A stretch of 44,220 nt of DNA from Akkermansiaceae bacterium (GCA_049631945.1 JBNABE010000001.1:1-44220), one strand, 5' to 3'. Shown: positions 8,564 to 18,378, counted from the first letter of the stretch. The notes: generated from the sequence alone by a model not told the origin. A program made the numbers and translations.

Positions 8564-11500
8564 TTATTGGCAAGCTTCACACTCGCCACCGTTGATCATG
8601 GCATCGATACTACATGCCTGCTTTTCAGCCGCTGTGTATTCCTTCTTCTGCTCGGCTACTTCCCCGGCTACACCGCGGACCTCCTTCTTCACGGAAATCG
8701 TTGATTTCTCGATGTTGGATGCCTGCAGGGTGCGGAGGTAATAAGTGGTCTTAAGTCCCGTATGCCATGCATGACGATACATATGAGAAAGGGTTTTCAT
8801 GTCTGGCTCGGCCAAGAACAGATTCACACTTTGTGACTGGTCAATCCATTTTTGTCTGCGTGCAGCGGCATCAATGATCGCCTTGTAGCCTACGCTGAAG
8901 ACGGTTTGATGCTTCTCCTTCAGGCTTTCTGGGATGTCTTCAATGTCGCTGAGTTCACCATCAAAGTATTTTAGCTGGTCGAGCATGTCTTGATTCCAGA
9001 GGCCCTCTTTCTTCAGGTCATTTACGAGCTCACGGTTGAGCACAATAAAGTCACCAGAGAGGTTCGACTTCACATACAGGTTCTTGTAATTCGGCTCAAT
9101 ACATGGAGTTGTGCCCATGATATTGGAAATCGTCGCCGTGGGTGCAATAGCAAGCACGTTGGAGTTGCGCATGCCGTGTTTGGCGATCTTCTCACGCAGG
9201 TGAGTCCAATCCATTTTAGCTCCGCGAGGCACATCAACGTCAACACCACGTTCATCTTCGAGGAGATCAACAGTGTCTTGTGGCAGAATACCACGATCCC
9301 ACTTTGATCCCTTGTAGCTGGAATAGGTTCCAGACTCAGCAGCAAGGTCAGATGATGCATTGTAAGCATAGTAAGCGATGGCCTCCATGAACTCGTCATT
9401 GAAGTCAACCGCTGCATCCGATGCAAATGCGATGCCTTTCTTATAGAGTGCGTTTTGTAGCCCCATCACACCCATACCGATCGGGCGGTGACGACTGTTT
9501 GCCGTCTTGGCCGCTTCTGTTGGGTAGAAGTTAATATCAATGACATTATCGAGCGCACGGATGGCAACGGTAATGGTCTCTTTGAGCATCTCGTGATCCA
9601 GCGAGCCATCAGCTGTAATGTGAGTATCAAGCACAACCGAGCCAAGGTTACATACAGCAGTCTCTTCGTCTGAGGTATTGAGTGTGATCTCAGTGCAAAG
9701 ATTACTGGAGTGAATCACTCCACAATGATCTTGCGGGCTACGGAGGTTACAAGGATCTTTAAAGGTGATCCATGGGTGGCCGGTTTCGAAGATCATTTTC
9801 AGCATGCCCTTCCAAAGCTCGATCGCAGGAACTTTACGCGTCCAAATTTTACCCTCCTCAGCCATTTTCTCATACTCTTCATAGCGAAGCTCAAATGCCT
9901 TACCATATAAATCGTGAAGATCCGGTGTCTCATTGGTGCGGAACAAAGACCATTCTTGGCGAGCCTCCATACGCTTCATAAATAGGTCTGGAATCCAGTT
10001 TGCCGTATTCATGTCATGACAGCGGCGACGCTCGTCTCCTGTGTTCTTGCGAAGCTCAAGAAAGTCTTCAATATCGTTGTGCCAGGACTCAAGATAAGCA
10101 CAGCCAGAACCGCGGCGTTTGCCACCTTGGTTGACAGCAACTAGCTGGTCATTGTGCAACTTGAGGAATGGGATGATGCCTTGTGACTCGCCATTAGTGC
10201 CTTGGATGTAACCACCCGTGCCACGAACTGCTGTCCAAGAACCTCCCAGACCGCCAGCCCACTTACTGAGATATGCGTTATCTGCAATACCACGCTGCAT
10301 GATTGACTCGATGGAATCATCTACCTTGTAGAGATAGCATGATGATAGCTGTGAGTGTAGCGTGCCTGAGTTAAACAAAGTCGGCGTGCTCGAACAGAAG
10401 CGACGGCCCTTGTAAAGTGAGTAAAGACGAATCACCCAGTCCTCACGATCCTCTTTCTCCGCACGGAATAGGCCCATCGCCACACGCATCCAGAAGAACT
10501 GAGGGGTCTCAAGGCGACGTTGTTTGTCCCCAGTCTTATCGACAATGAGGTAACGATCGTAGAGTGTTTGAATACCTAGGTAATCGAAATCAAGGTCAGC
10601 TGTTGGGTCAAGTGCATCTGCGAGCTTATCGATGTCGTATTGAGCAACAACATCTGGGGAAATGCGCTTAATTTTGACGCCATGCTTAAGATATTTATTG
10701 AAGTGTTCGCGGTGTGCCACCTTGAGGGCACGAATTCCATCATTGAGAATATTCCAGTCGAGCACTTCCTCATAAATGTAACTAAGTAGAATACGGCCAG
10801 CAAACTTGGCAAAATCTGCATCACGCTCGATGAGAGACTTGGCGTTAAGAATCACAGTCGACTTTAGAGCTTCACGTGTAATTTCAGCTCCAATAGAACG
10901 GCGTAGCTCTTGCTCAATTTCCTGCTCGCTGAGGCAAAGACTTAAACCAATAGAAGCAAACGAAATACGCTTTTTAAGCTCAGTGCCATCCCAGAACTCA
11001 GTTCCTCCATCCTGCTCGGTAACCACCACCATGGACTCCTGGTTGGGATCCTCCGCTGGCTCCTCGTCGATACGCATTTGAGCACGTTTAGCACGATAGA
11101 GAATATAAGCTTCAGCGGCTTTGAAATAGCCTTGGCGCATGAGCTCCTCTTGGACGAGGTCTTGCACGTTTTCGATATGCGCAAATGCTGAATCACCATT
11201 CCTGATGCTCTCCGTAACCCCGTGCGCTACTTTCACAGCTGCCTCGGGGTCCTCCTTGATGGATAAAAATGCTTTTCTGACCGCAATCTCAATCTTTGTC
11301 TGGCTCCATGGCACAACGTTGCCATTTCGACGAATCAGCCTCACGGGCATTGTCTGTGGCTCTTCGGAAACAATAACCTCACCATTTTTTTCCAAGGAGC
11401 GGGAAAACACCAATGACTTGGCAACATCGTGCGCATCATTCTCAATCAGTGCCTTCTCAATCAGCAAGTAAAGATCATTACGAGACAGGCGGAGCTGACC

Positions 11501-11836
11501 ACCTTCATGAACTTGCTCCGTAAGGGACTTGGCCACACTGTTGGCAACATTCGATACGAAGTTGCGGTTCTCCTCATTGAAGATCTTCTCCTCCTGCTCT
11601 TGGCGAGAAATCAAAAGGTCGGTAAGCGCAACACCGATCGTGTCTGCAACTTTAGCGAGTGATAATTCTTCTTCCTCTTTTCCCCGGGTGACGAGAATTT
11701 GAGGAACACGGTCAGCAGTTTGCTCACCGAGGACAGCACGCCAATCAAAACGATCAGTATTTTCGGTGGATGCAGCACGGTCTGTGATGACTTTTTTAAG
11801 AGCGAGATCTTCTTCTAGAGAGATGGAGCGATACAT
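8564..11836 (-). CDS. nrdA: Class I ribonucleotide reductase alpha subunit with extended, apparently multi-ATP-cone N-terminus
   Basis: SSTPTLFNSG, LSSCYL, SSNLCTEI (thiyl Cys), AVCNLGS, AIAPTATIS, KTTYYLR, C-terminal CEACQ. Confidence 0.96.
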   Translation of the reverse strand: MYRSISLEEDLALKKVITDRAASTENTDRFDWRAVLGEQTADRVPQILVTRGKEEEELSLAKVADTIGVALTDLLISRQEQEEKIFNEENRNFVSNVANSVAKSLTEQVHEGGQLRLSRNDLYLLIEKALIENDAHDVAKSLVFSRSLEKNGEVIVSEEPQTMPVRLIRRNGNVVPWSQTKIEIAVRKAFLSIKEDPEAAVKVAHGVTESIRNGDSAFAHIENVQDLVQEELMRQGYFKAAEAYILYRAKRAQMRIDEEPAEDPNQESMVVVTEQDGGTEFWDGTELKKRISFASIGLSLCLSEQEIEQELRRSIGAEITREALKSTVILNAKSLIERDADFAKFAGRILLSYIYEEVLDWNILNDGIRALKVAHREHFNKYLKHGVKIKRISPDVVAQYDIDKLADALDPTADLDFDYLGIQTLYDRYLIVDKTGDKQRRLETPQFFWMRVAMGLFRAEKEDREDWVIRLYSLYKGRRFCSSTPTLFNSGTLHSQLSSCYLYKVDDSIESIMQRGIADNAYLSKWAGGLGGSWTAVRGTGGYIQGTNGESQGIIPFLKLHNDQLVAVNQGGKRRGSGCAYLESWHNDIEDFLELRKNTGDERRRCHDMNTANWIPDLFMKRMEARQEWSLFRTNETPDLHDLYGKAFELRYEEYEKMAEEGKIWTRKVPAIELWKGMLKMIFETGHPWITFKDPCNLRSPQDHCGVIHSSNLCTEITLNTSDEETAVCNLGSVVLDTHITADGSLDHEMLKETITVAIRALDNVIDINFYPTEAAKTANSRHRPIGMGVMGLQNALYKKGIAFASDAAVDFNDEFMEAIAYYAYNASSDLAAESGTYSSYKGSKWDRGILPQDTVDLLEDERGVDVDVPRGAKMDWTHLREKIAKHGMRNSNVLAIAPTATISNIMGTTPCIEPNYKNLYVKSNLSGDFIVLNRELVNDLKKEGLWNQDMLDQLKYFDGELSDIEDIPESLKEKHQTVFSVGYKAIIDAAARRQKWIDQSQSVNLFLAEPDMKTLSHMYRHAWHTGLKTTYYLRTLQASNIEKSTISVKKEVRGVAGEVAEQKKEYTAAEKQACSIDAMINGGECEACQ

Positions 11837-11902
11837 GGGCGCAGGTTATTCTATGGTGTTTTTGTTATAAGTTATAAAGATGATTGTTAAATCAAGGGGG
11901 TG

Positions 11903-11937
11903 TTCGTCTCAGGCCGGATATGCCGACCCGAGACGAA
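11903..11937 (-). other. Intercistronic stem-loop between nrdB and nrdA
   Basis: Minus strand TTCGTCTCGGGTCGG-CATAT-CCGGCCTGAGACGAA, 15 bp stem with G-U pairs, no 3' U-tract. Confidence 0.6.
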
Positions 11938-11950
11938 AAAAGTCGATGGA

Positions 11951-13027
11951 TTAGAGCTCGTCGTCGTCGATACTGCCGAGTGCTGTCGATTTTTGATACT
12001 CGGTGACGCGACCTTCAAAAAAGTTTTGCTCTTTTTTGATGTCCATCATTTCAGCAAGCCAAGGGAATGGGTTTTCGATGTTGCCTTTCAGTGGCTCGAG
12101 ACCGCATGTCTCAAGACGGCGATCGGCAATAAAGTCAATATACTGTTCGAAGTCTGCTAAGTTGAGGCCAACGGACGAAACAGGCAGGCAATCACGAATG
12201 AAGTTTTTCTCAAGCTTGAGAGCTTCTGCCATCGTATCACGCAGCTCATTTTTAAACTCATCCGTCCAAATTTCAGGGTTCTCGTTGATGAGATCCATCA
12301 GTAAATTGCGTAAAAGTTCGATATGATTGGATTCATCGCGCAAGGTGTAGCGGAACATCTGGCCAATTCCTGGGAATTTGTTCTGGCGATAGAGGCTGAG
12401 AATCATGCCAAACAATCCATAGAACTGGGTTCCCTCCATGCACTGACCAAAGATGAAGATATTGCGGGCAAGCGCCTGCTTGTTTTCGACAAGTGACATA
12501 TCCATGTCGCGTCTCAGTGAGCGGCTATTCGATACCACAAAGTTTGTTTTTTCCTGCACGGTCTGAACGCCTTCGAAAATAGCTTCGCATTCATGCGGGT
12601 TGAGACCTAATGAAGAGACCATGTATACCAATGAATCGGCATGGATATTCTCTTCATGCGCATGACGTCGGAAAACAAGCTCTAGCTCAGGTGCGGTCAC
12701 TTGATCTCGGATAACGTGAATCATATTGTCGCCCACAATGCCTTCCGCGGCAGAAAAATAGCCAATGCCCATTTTGATAATCCAACGCTCCACATCGGAA
12801 ATTTCATCTGAGCGCCACTGTTCGACGTCCTTCTGCATTGGGATATCCTCTGGCTCCCAGTGGTTGGCACGCATGTCGGAATAGATGTCCCATGCCCATG
12901 GGTATTTGAGCGGCAAGAGGCCGAAGCCACTGATCTTATCTCCTCCAATAACACGTTTGGACTCTAGGTTTTTTTTAGCTTTTGCCTCTTCAAGCGGAAT
13001 TGTTAAATCATCAAGTGTAGCATTCAT
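11951..13027 (-). CDS. nrdB: Ribonucleotide reductase beta subunit, class Ic-type (Tyr-less, likely Mn/Fe)
   Basis: Ligands E95, E126/H129, E198, E232/H235; Leu133 at the radical Tyr position; W57; C-terminal NFFEGRVTEY. Confidence 0.92.
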   Translation of the reverse strand: MNATLDDLTIPLEEAKAKKNLESKRVIGGDKISGFGLLPLKYPWAWDIYSDMRANHWEPEDIPMQKDVEQWRSDEISDVERWIIKMGIGYFSAAEGIVGDNMIHVIRDQVTAPELELVFRRHAHEENIHADSLVYMVSSLGLNPHECEAIFEGVQTVQEKTNFVVSNSRSLRRDMDMSLVENKQALARNIFIFGQCMEGTQFYGLFGMILSLYRQNKFPGIGQMFRYTLRDESNHIELLRNLLMDLINENPEIWTDEFKNELRDTMAEALKLEKNFIRDCLPVSSVGLNLADFEQYIDFIADRRLETCGLEPLKGNIENPFPWLAEMMDIKKEQNFFEGRVTEYQKSTALGSIDDDEL

Positions 13028-13167
13028 TCGTTTAGGGTGTTCGTTGTATGTTAGTTAGTTGTTGGCGGAGGGAAGTTGTTCGTTGTTTTGAGGTCTTTTT
13101 CTAAATCTAGCTGGTCAGAAGTATTTCAGCTTACTGTAGCATCATGAATGCCACATTGGTTAGCATT

Positions 13168-14226
13168 TTAGAGATCGTCGTCTTCGAAGCTGGTCGCAAG
13201 CGATGCACTACTGGCATGCAAAGGCTCTGATGATGTAAGGTGAATCTGTTCATCCAGCCAAGGGAATGGACTGGTGGCATGATGGAATTGGCGCTGCAGG
13301 CCACAGGCTGCAAGTCGATTGTCGGCGAGATACTCAATATATTTGCTGAGTGCTTCAGGATCCAGACCTGCTGCAGCCACTGGAAGCGTAGTGATAAGAT
13401 CTTGTTCCATTTTTACTGCCTTGAGCATGTAATCAATAAGCTCTTGCTGGAATGAGCTTGTCCATGCTTCTGGGTTTTCTTCAGCCAGCTCTTTGATTAA
13501 CTTGTCGAATAAACTAATACGGAAGGAAACATCTTGCAGTAACTTGCTAAATATCTCGCCAGATCCGGGAAGCTTGTTCTGTGCCGCTAGTGAGAAAATC
13601 GAAGCCCACAGAGAGAAATATTGCGTTCCCTCCATACATTGACTCATCAGGAAAATGTTGCGCACAATACCCTGTTTGTTTTCTAAGATAGTTGTGTCTG
13701 TGTCGCGATCAATTGGACTGAGATTGTCAGTCATAAATTGCTGCTTGGCAGCCATTGCAGGAGTGTTGGCAAGTGCCGAGCATTCCATTGGATTGATCGA
13801 AAGAGAACCGTGCAGGTAGACAAGAATGTCACTGCGAGTGTTTTCCTCATGAACAAAACGACCGAATACAAGCTTGAGCTCAGGAGCAGTCAAAAGGTCA
13901 CGAATGGTGTAAATCCCCCCTGATTGTGCAATTTCTTGAGACTTGGCGAAAGCACCCAAAGCTACTTTGTACAACATTTGACTTGGTTCATCTAGATTAG
14001 CCCACTGGGCAATGTCGGTCTGCACAGATGTCTCTCCTGGCTCCCAATGAGAATTTTTCATCTCTTTGTAGAGCGCATATGCCCATGTGTATTTTAGAGG
14101 CAAGATATTGAAGAACATCGAATTCCGACCATTGATCACTTTCTTTGCGGCGTAAGCCTCCTCTGCTTTCTCACGATCAAGGTTAAAAGTACGCTCGCCA
14201 AGTTTGATGCTTATTGTGTCTGCCAT
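13168..14226 (-). CDS. NrdB paralogue lacking most metal ligands (putative pseudo-beta / beta' subunit)
   Basis: Nearly colinear with adjacent NrdB (LPLKY.WA, HWEP, TAPEL.LVF, HEEN, QCMEGTQ, QNK.PG, PFPWL, acidic C-terminal end) but with Q97, R131, V233, R236 at ligand positions. Confidence 0.88.
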   Translation of the reverse strand: MADTISIKLGERTFNLDREKAEEAYAAKKVINGRNSMFFNILPLKYTWAYALYKEMKNSHWEPGETSVQTDIAQWANLDEPSQMLYKVALGAFAKSQEIAQSGGIYTIRDLLTAPELKLVFGRFVHEENTRSDILVYLHGSLSINPMECSALANTPAMAAKQQFMTDNLSPIDRDTDTTILENKQGIVRNIFLMSQCMEGTQYFSLWASIFSLAAQNKLPGSGEIFSKLLQDVSFRISLFDKLIKELAEENPEAWTSSFQQELIDYMLKAVKMEQDLITTLPVAAAGLDPEALSKYIEYLADNRLAACGLQRQFHHATSPFPWLDEQIHLTSSEPLHASSASLATSFEDDDL

Positions 14227-14493
14227 TTCAGTAAGGGTTGAGTTGTGAAAAAAAGGTTTCGAAAAAGGTTTCGTTGATGAGTTGAATTTGATTTGTATGC
14301 GATGTTAAGTCTTTAGGAATCAACAACTAGCTGTATTAGATCTGATTTTTTGCGCTTTATTTGGCCCGTTTTGAATCATCATGGTGGGCTCACACAGCTA
14401 CACTTTACGATCGCGCAGCCTGATTATGATGCCAATAAATGAGGGTTTTGGTCAATCAGATTTTGCTCATATAGTATCCACAAATTATTAACA

Positions 14494-14509
14494 ATACAAC
14501 ATGTTGTGG
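14494..14509. promoter_or_regulatory. Putative NrdR box upstream of the nrd operon
   Basis: ATACAACATGTTGTGG, with perfect palindromic core ACAACATGTTGT, fits the NrdR consensus acaCwAtATaTwGtgt. Confidence 0.65.
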
Positions 14510-15038
14510 TTTTTGTTTTTTGAGCGAAATCCCTCTTTTTTCTTGTGAAGCCTTCAACCCTTGAAAAATGGACTTTCACAGAGCTATTCTAGCAGACCAG
14601 CCATCGACCACTGCTACTTCAATAGGGGCAAAAAAAAAGATGTTCTGTTAGAAGTCATTTCGCAGCAGAAGCAGTTTTTAAAAAAACTTGGCTCACAGTT
14701 CAAACCAGCGCACTCCCCGCCCGCCTAAGAAGCACTTTTCCCCTATTTTAAAGAAGTAAAAATTTATACTAGAATCCTGCTTATGATTGACAACACGTAA
14801 CGCTTTTTTGTAGCAAACTTCATTAATTTACTGGTTATCAAACAGATACATCGCATTCCTTAGCAAAGTGCCTATTTGACCAATATGACATCTCGTTGAA
14901 GGCTTGGGCACCAATAGAACGCAAGCTACGATGATTTTCTCAACACAGAGGTCCATTAACTCACAAAACAATGAATGAGGGTTGCTATTATAGGTAATTA
15001 GCTTTAGTGAACGATTTCCACCAAAGGACCAATAAACA

Positions 15039-16619
15039 ATGTTTCACTTATTTACCCAAAAAAATAGCAGCCTCAAGGATGACTCGTTGTCAGGTTTAAC
15101 CGTAGCCCTTGCCCTGGTGCCGGAAGCCATCGCCTTTTCCTTTATTGCTGGCGTCGATCCCTTGGTTGGCCTCTGGGCAGCGGTGTTCATGGGCTTTATC
15201 ACCGCAACTTGTGGTGGTCGTCCAGGTATGATTTCTGGGGCAACAGGCGCCATTGCTGTAGTTGCAGGCAAGGCAGTTGAATATGGTAATGAGATCGCCC
15301 CCGACCTTGGCTATCAGTTTCTCTTTGCCGTTATTATGGTGGCGGGAGTGATTCAGATTCTCTTTGGCGTACTCAAGCTCGGGCGTTTTATACGGCTCGT
15401 CCCTCACCCTGTTATGATTGGCTTCGTCAACGGCTTGGCGATTGTTATTTGCATGGGCCAGTTCGGCTTCTTCAAATCAGGAGGCGAATGGCTTCAAGGA
15501 GCCTCACTGGGACTGATGATCGGGCTTATCGTGCTTACTATGGCGATCATCCACTTTTTACCAAAACTCACCAAAGTGGTGCCATCCACCTTGGCTGCTA
15601 TTATTGTTGTTGGCCTAATCGCCTATTTTCTGCCCGATACTAGGACCATTGAAAATGTCCTCAAAGATGGCGGAGGGGATGGCTCACTGAGCGGCAGTTT
15701 CCCGCTACCCGCATGGCCAAGCGATATCGCCTGGGGCGATCACTGGCAGTTTATTCTCAAAACAGCTTTCGTGGTAGCCATGGTCGGCATCATTGAATCT
15801 CTGATGACACTGCAGCTCATTGATGAAATTACCGAGACACGCGGTCAGGGTAATCGCGAATGTGTCGCCCAGGGAGGCGCTAACTTCCTATCCGGCCTTT
15901 TTGGTGGCATGGGCGGATGTGCGATGATAGGCCAATCCCTCATCAATATCAAATCCGGTGGTCGTGGTCGCACCTCAGGAATCGTTGCCGCCGTGGCACT
16001 CACCTTTTTCATCATGGTGGGTGGACCAGTTATCATTCAAATCCCTATTGCGGCTCTAGTGGGCGTTATGTTCATGGTCGTCATCGGCACTTTCGAATGG
16101 TCCACCTTCAAGAGCTTCGGCAAAATTGCTCCATCCGAGATGCTCATCATCCTTACTGTCACCCTAGTGACTGCCATCATGCATGATCTAGCTCTCGCTG
16201 TATTTGTGGGTGTTATTCTCTCTGCCTTAGTCTTTGCTTGGGAAAGCTCAAAACACATTATTGTTACCATGCATAAAGACACTCCCGAAGAACGCATCTA
16301 TGGCGTTGAGGGAATGCTTTACTTTGGATCAGTGCGTGAATTCTCAGACAAATTTCAAGCAAAGTCAGATGTCCCCAATATCGTTATCGATTTTGAAGAG
16401 GCGCGGGTATGTGATTTATCCGGTTTGGAGGCCATCAACGCCCTAGGAGAGCGTTACCGCAATGCTGGTAAGACGCTACACGTACGTCACCTTTCCCCAG
16501 ATTGCCGCCAGATGCTCGAGAAGGCTGGGACCCTCGTCGATATTGAGGTCCTTCCTGATGATCCTCACTACTCGGTCGCTCACATTCGAAGTGAAAACAG
16601 CAAAATCATCGGCTCATAG
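15039..16619 (+). CDS. SulP/SLC26 family anion permease with C-terminal STAS domain
   Basis: GLTVALALVPEAIAFS, GGRPGMISGATG, GIIESLMT, GMGGCAMIGQS; STAS-like YFGS...DLSGLEAI. Confidence 0.92.
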   Translation: MFHLFTQKNSSLKDDSLSGLTVALALVPEAIAFSFIAGVDPLVGLWAAVFMGFITATCGGRPGMISGATGAIAVVAGKAVEYGNEIAPDLGYQFLFAVIMVAGVIQILFGVLKLGRFIRLVPHPVMIGFVNGLAIVICMGQFGFFKSGGEWLQGASLGLMIGLIVLTMAIIHFLPKLTKVVPSTLAAIIVVGLIAYFLPDTRTIENVLKDGGGDGSLSGSFPLPAWPSDIAWGDHWQFILKTAFVVAMVGIIESLMTLQLIDEITETRGQGNRECVAQGGANFLSGLFGGMGGCAMIGQSLINIKSGGRGRTSGIVAAVALTFFIMVGGPVIIQIPIAALVGVMFMVVIGTFEWSTFKSFGKIAPSEMLIILTVTLVTAIMHDLALAVFVGVILSALVFAWESSKHIIVTMHKDTPEERIYGVEGMLYFGSVREFSDKFQAKSDVPNIVIDFEEARVCDLSGLEAINALGERYRNAGKTLHVRHLSPDCRQMLEKAGTLVDIEVLPDDPHYSVAHIRSENSKIIGS

Positions 16620-16689
16620 ACAGGCCTTCCCTGAGTTGTTTTGGTCGGTTTTGAGGTGACAAATGCCTATTTTCAGGTAATCAGCCGTC

Positions 16690-18294
16690 GTGCTGATCAT
16701 TAGAAAACTTACCAAGACCGTCGGAGGGCGCACGCTTTTTGAGGACGCAGACATGACGATCAACTGGGGCGAGCGCGTCGCTTTAGTTGGACCCAATGGG
16801 GCAGGCAAGTCGACACTCTTCAAAATGATCCTCAAAGAGGAGGATGCCGATTCCGGCAGTGTCGAAGTTGATGATTATGCCATCACGGGCTACTTGGCGC
16901 AGGAAGCGGGAGACCCTGGTGACGAAACTATTCTGGAAATAGCCATCGGTATCACGCCAGAGCTTGCCAAAGCTATCCGCATACTACGCGAAGGCGACGC
17001 ATCAGGTGCAACCGACAGTCCTGAATATCATGCTGCACAGGATAGCTTTGACGCAGCCAATGGCTACCAACTTGAGCCCAAGGCAAAAAAAATTCTTGCA
17101 GGGCTTGGCTTTGAAGCCGATGCCTTTGACAAACCAGCCCGCGAATTTTCTGGTGGTTGGATCATGCGTGCACACCTAGCTAAGCTCTTGGTCATGGAGC
17201 CTGATCTCCTGATGCTTGACGAGCCAACGAACCACCTTGACCTGATGGCACTCATCTGGTTGCAGCGCTATTTAAAGAACTATCCTGGTGCCTTGCTCAT
17301 GATTTCTCACGATCGCGACTTCATGGACGAGCTTATTGAAACTGTTTATGAAATTGATGAGGAGCAGCTTATCTCATACACAGGCAATTACACAGCCTAC
17401 TTGGATCAGCGTACCAAGCGTTATCAGCAAAAAGTCCAAGCTTATCGTAATCAAAATAAAGAAATCGAGCGTATTCAGGAGTTTATCGATCGCTTTCGCT
17501 CGGTTACCTCCAAAGCGGCCCAAGTACAGAGCAGGGTAAAGCAGCTCGAGAAAATGAAACGTCTGCCCAAGCCAATTGCTCCGCGCAAGGTCTTCAAATT
17601 CAACTTCCCTCAGCCCAAGCGATCAAATCAAAAAGTCATTGAGCTTGAGAAAGTCCACATGGCTTACGGTGAAAAAGTCATTTACGATAGACTCGATCTT
17701 ACTATTGAGAGAGGTGATCGCATGGTATTAGTCGGTCCTAATGGTGCAGGTAAATCCACCTTGCTAAAAATACTCGCTGGCCAACTTGAATTTCAAAGTG
17801 GCGAGCGCAAAGCGGGATTCAATACCAAGCTTGGTTATTACTCTCAACACCGTACCGAAAGCATGGATGAGTCGAATACTGTGCTTGAAGAAGTCATGGC
17901 AAGCGGCGGAGACATGCGCGAAGACGAGGCTCGCTCTATTTTAGGATCTTTTCTCTTTAGACGTGCCGATGTGCACAAAAAAATACGTGTTCTCTCAGGT
18001 GGCGAAAAATCACGACTTAATCTCGTTAAGTTTTTGGTCAATCCGCCTAACCTATTGCTAATGGATGAGCCTACCACTCATCTAGACATCATATCCATTG
18101 AGGCTCTGCTACAAGCACTCAAACATTACGAAGGAACTCTGGTCTTCATCTCCCACGACGTTCACTTCATTCGTAACCTTGCGGAAACCACTCTTCACGT
18201 CGATTCTGGCAAACTCACACGCTACGCAGGTGGCTACGACTATTACCTTGAGAAGTCAGGACTATCTGATGATCGTGGTTCTGTGACTGCCTAA
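16690..18294 (+). CDS. ABC-F family ribosome-associated ATPase
   Basis: Two ABC domains (GPNGAGKST twice, FSGGW and LSGGE, LDEPTNHLD and MDEPTTHLD), no TM segments; GTG start. Confidence 0.92.
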   Translation: MLIIRKLTKTVGGRTLFEDADMTINWGERVALVGPNGAGKSTLFKMILKEEDADSGSVEVDDYAITGYLAQEAGDPGDETILEIAIGITPELAKAIRILREGDASGATDSPEYHAAQDSFDAANGYQLEPKAKKILAGLGFEADAFDKPAREFSGGWIMRAHLAKLLVMEPDLLMLDEPTNHLDLMALIWLQRYLKNYPGALLMISHDRDFMDELIETVYEIDEEQLISYTGNYTAYLDQRTKRYQQKVQAYRNQNKEIERIQEFIDRFRSVTSKAAQVQSRVKQLEKMKRLPKPIAPRKVFKFNFPQPKRSNQKVIELEKVHMAYGEKVIYDRLDLTIERGDRMVLVGPNGAGKSTLLKILAGQLEFQSGERKAGFNTKLGYYSQHRTESMDESNTVLEEVMASGGDMREDEARSILGSFLFRRADVHKKIRVLSGGEKSRLNLVKFLVNPPNLLLMDEPTTHLDIISIEALLQALKHYEGTLVFISHDVHFIRNLAETTLHVDSGKLTRYAGGYDYYLEKSGLSDDRGSVTA

Positions 18295-18378
18295 TTCAAA
18301 GCACCTCAGGTCCAGCTATTGAGCTGCTCAAATCTGGGAGAAGCCCAGCTAGCCAGCAACAAGTGTTGCCTTTGTAAC

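Noticed and set aside
13168-14226. Calling the second nrdB a pseudogene, a class Ie metal-free beta, or an R2lox
   Set aside because: The frame is intact and full length with conserved structural motifs. It lacks the Tyr and both His residues kept in class Ie, and lacks the full ligand set needed for R2lox.
14227-15038. Cobalamin riboswitch or oriC in the large intergenic region
   Set aside because: No B12-box core motifs are recognisable, and I saw only one imperfect DnaA box.
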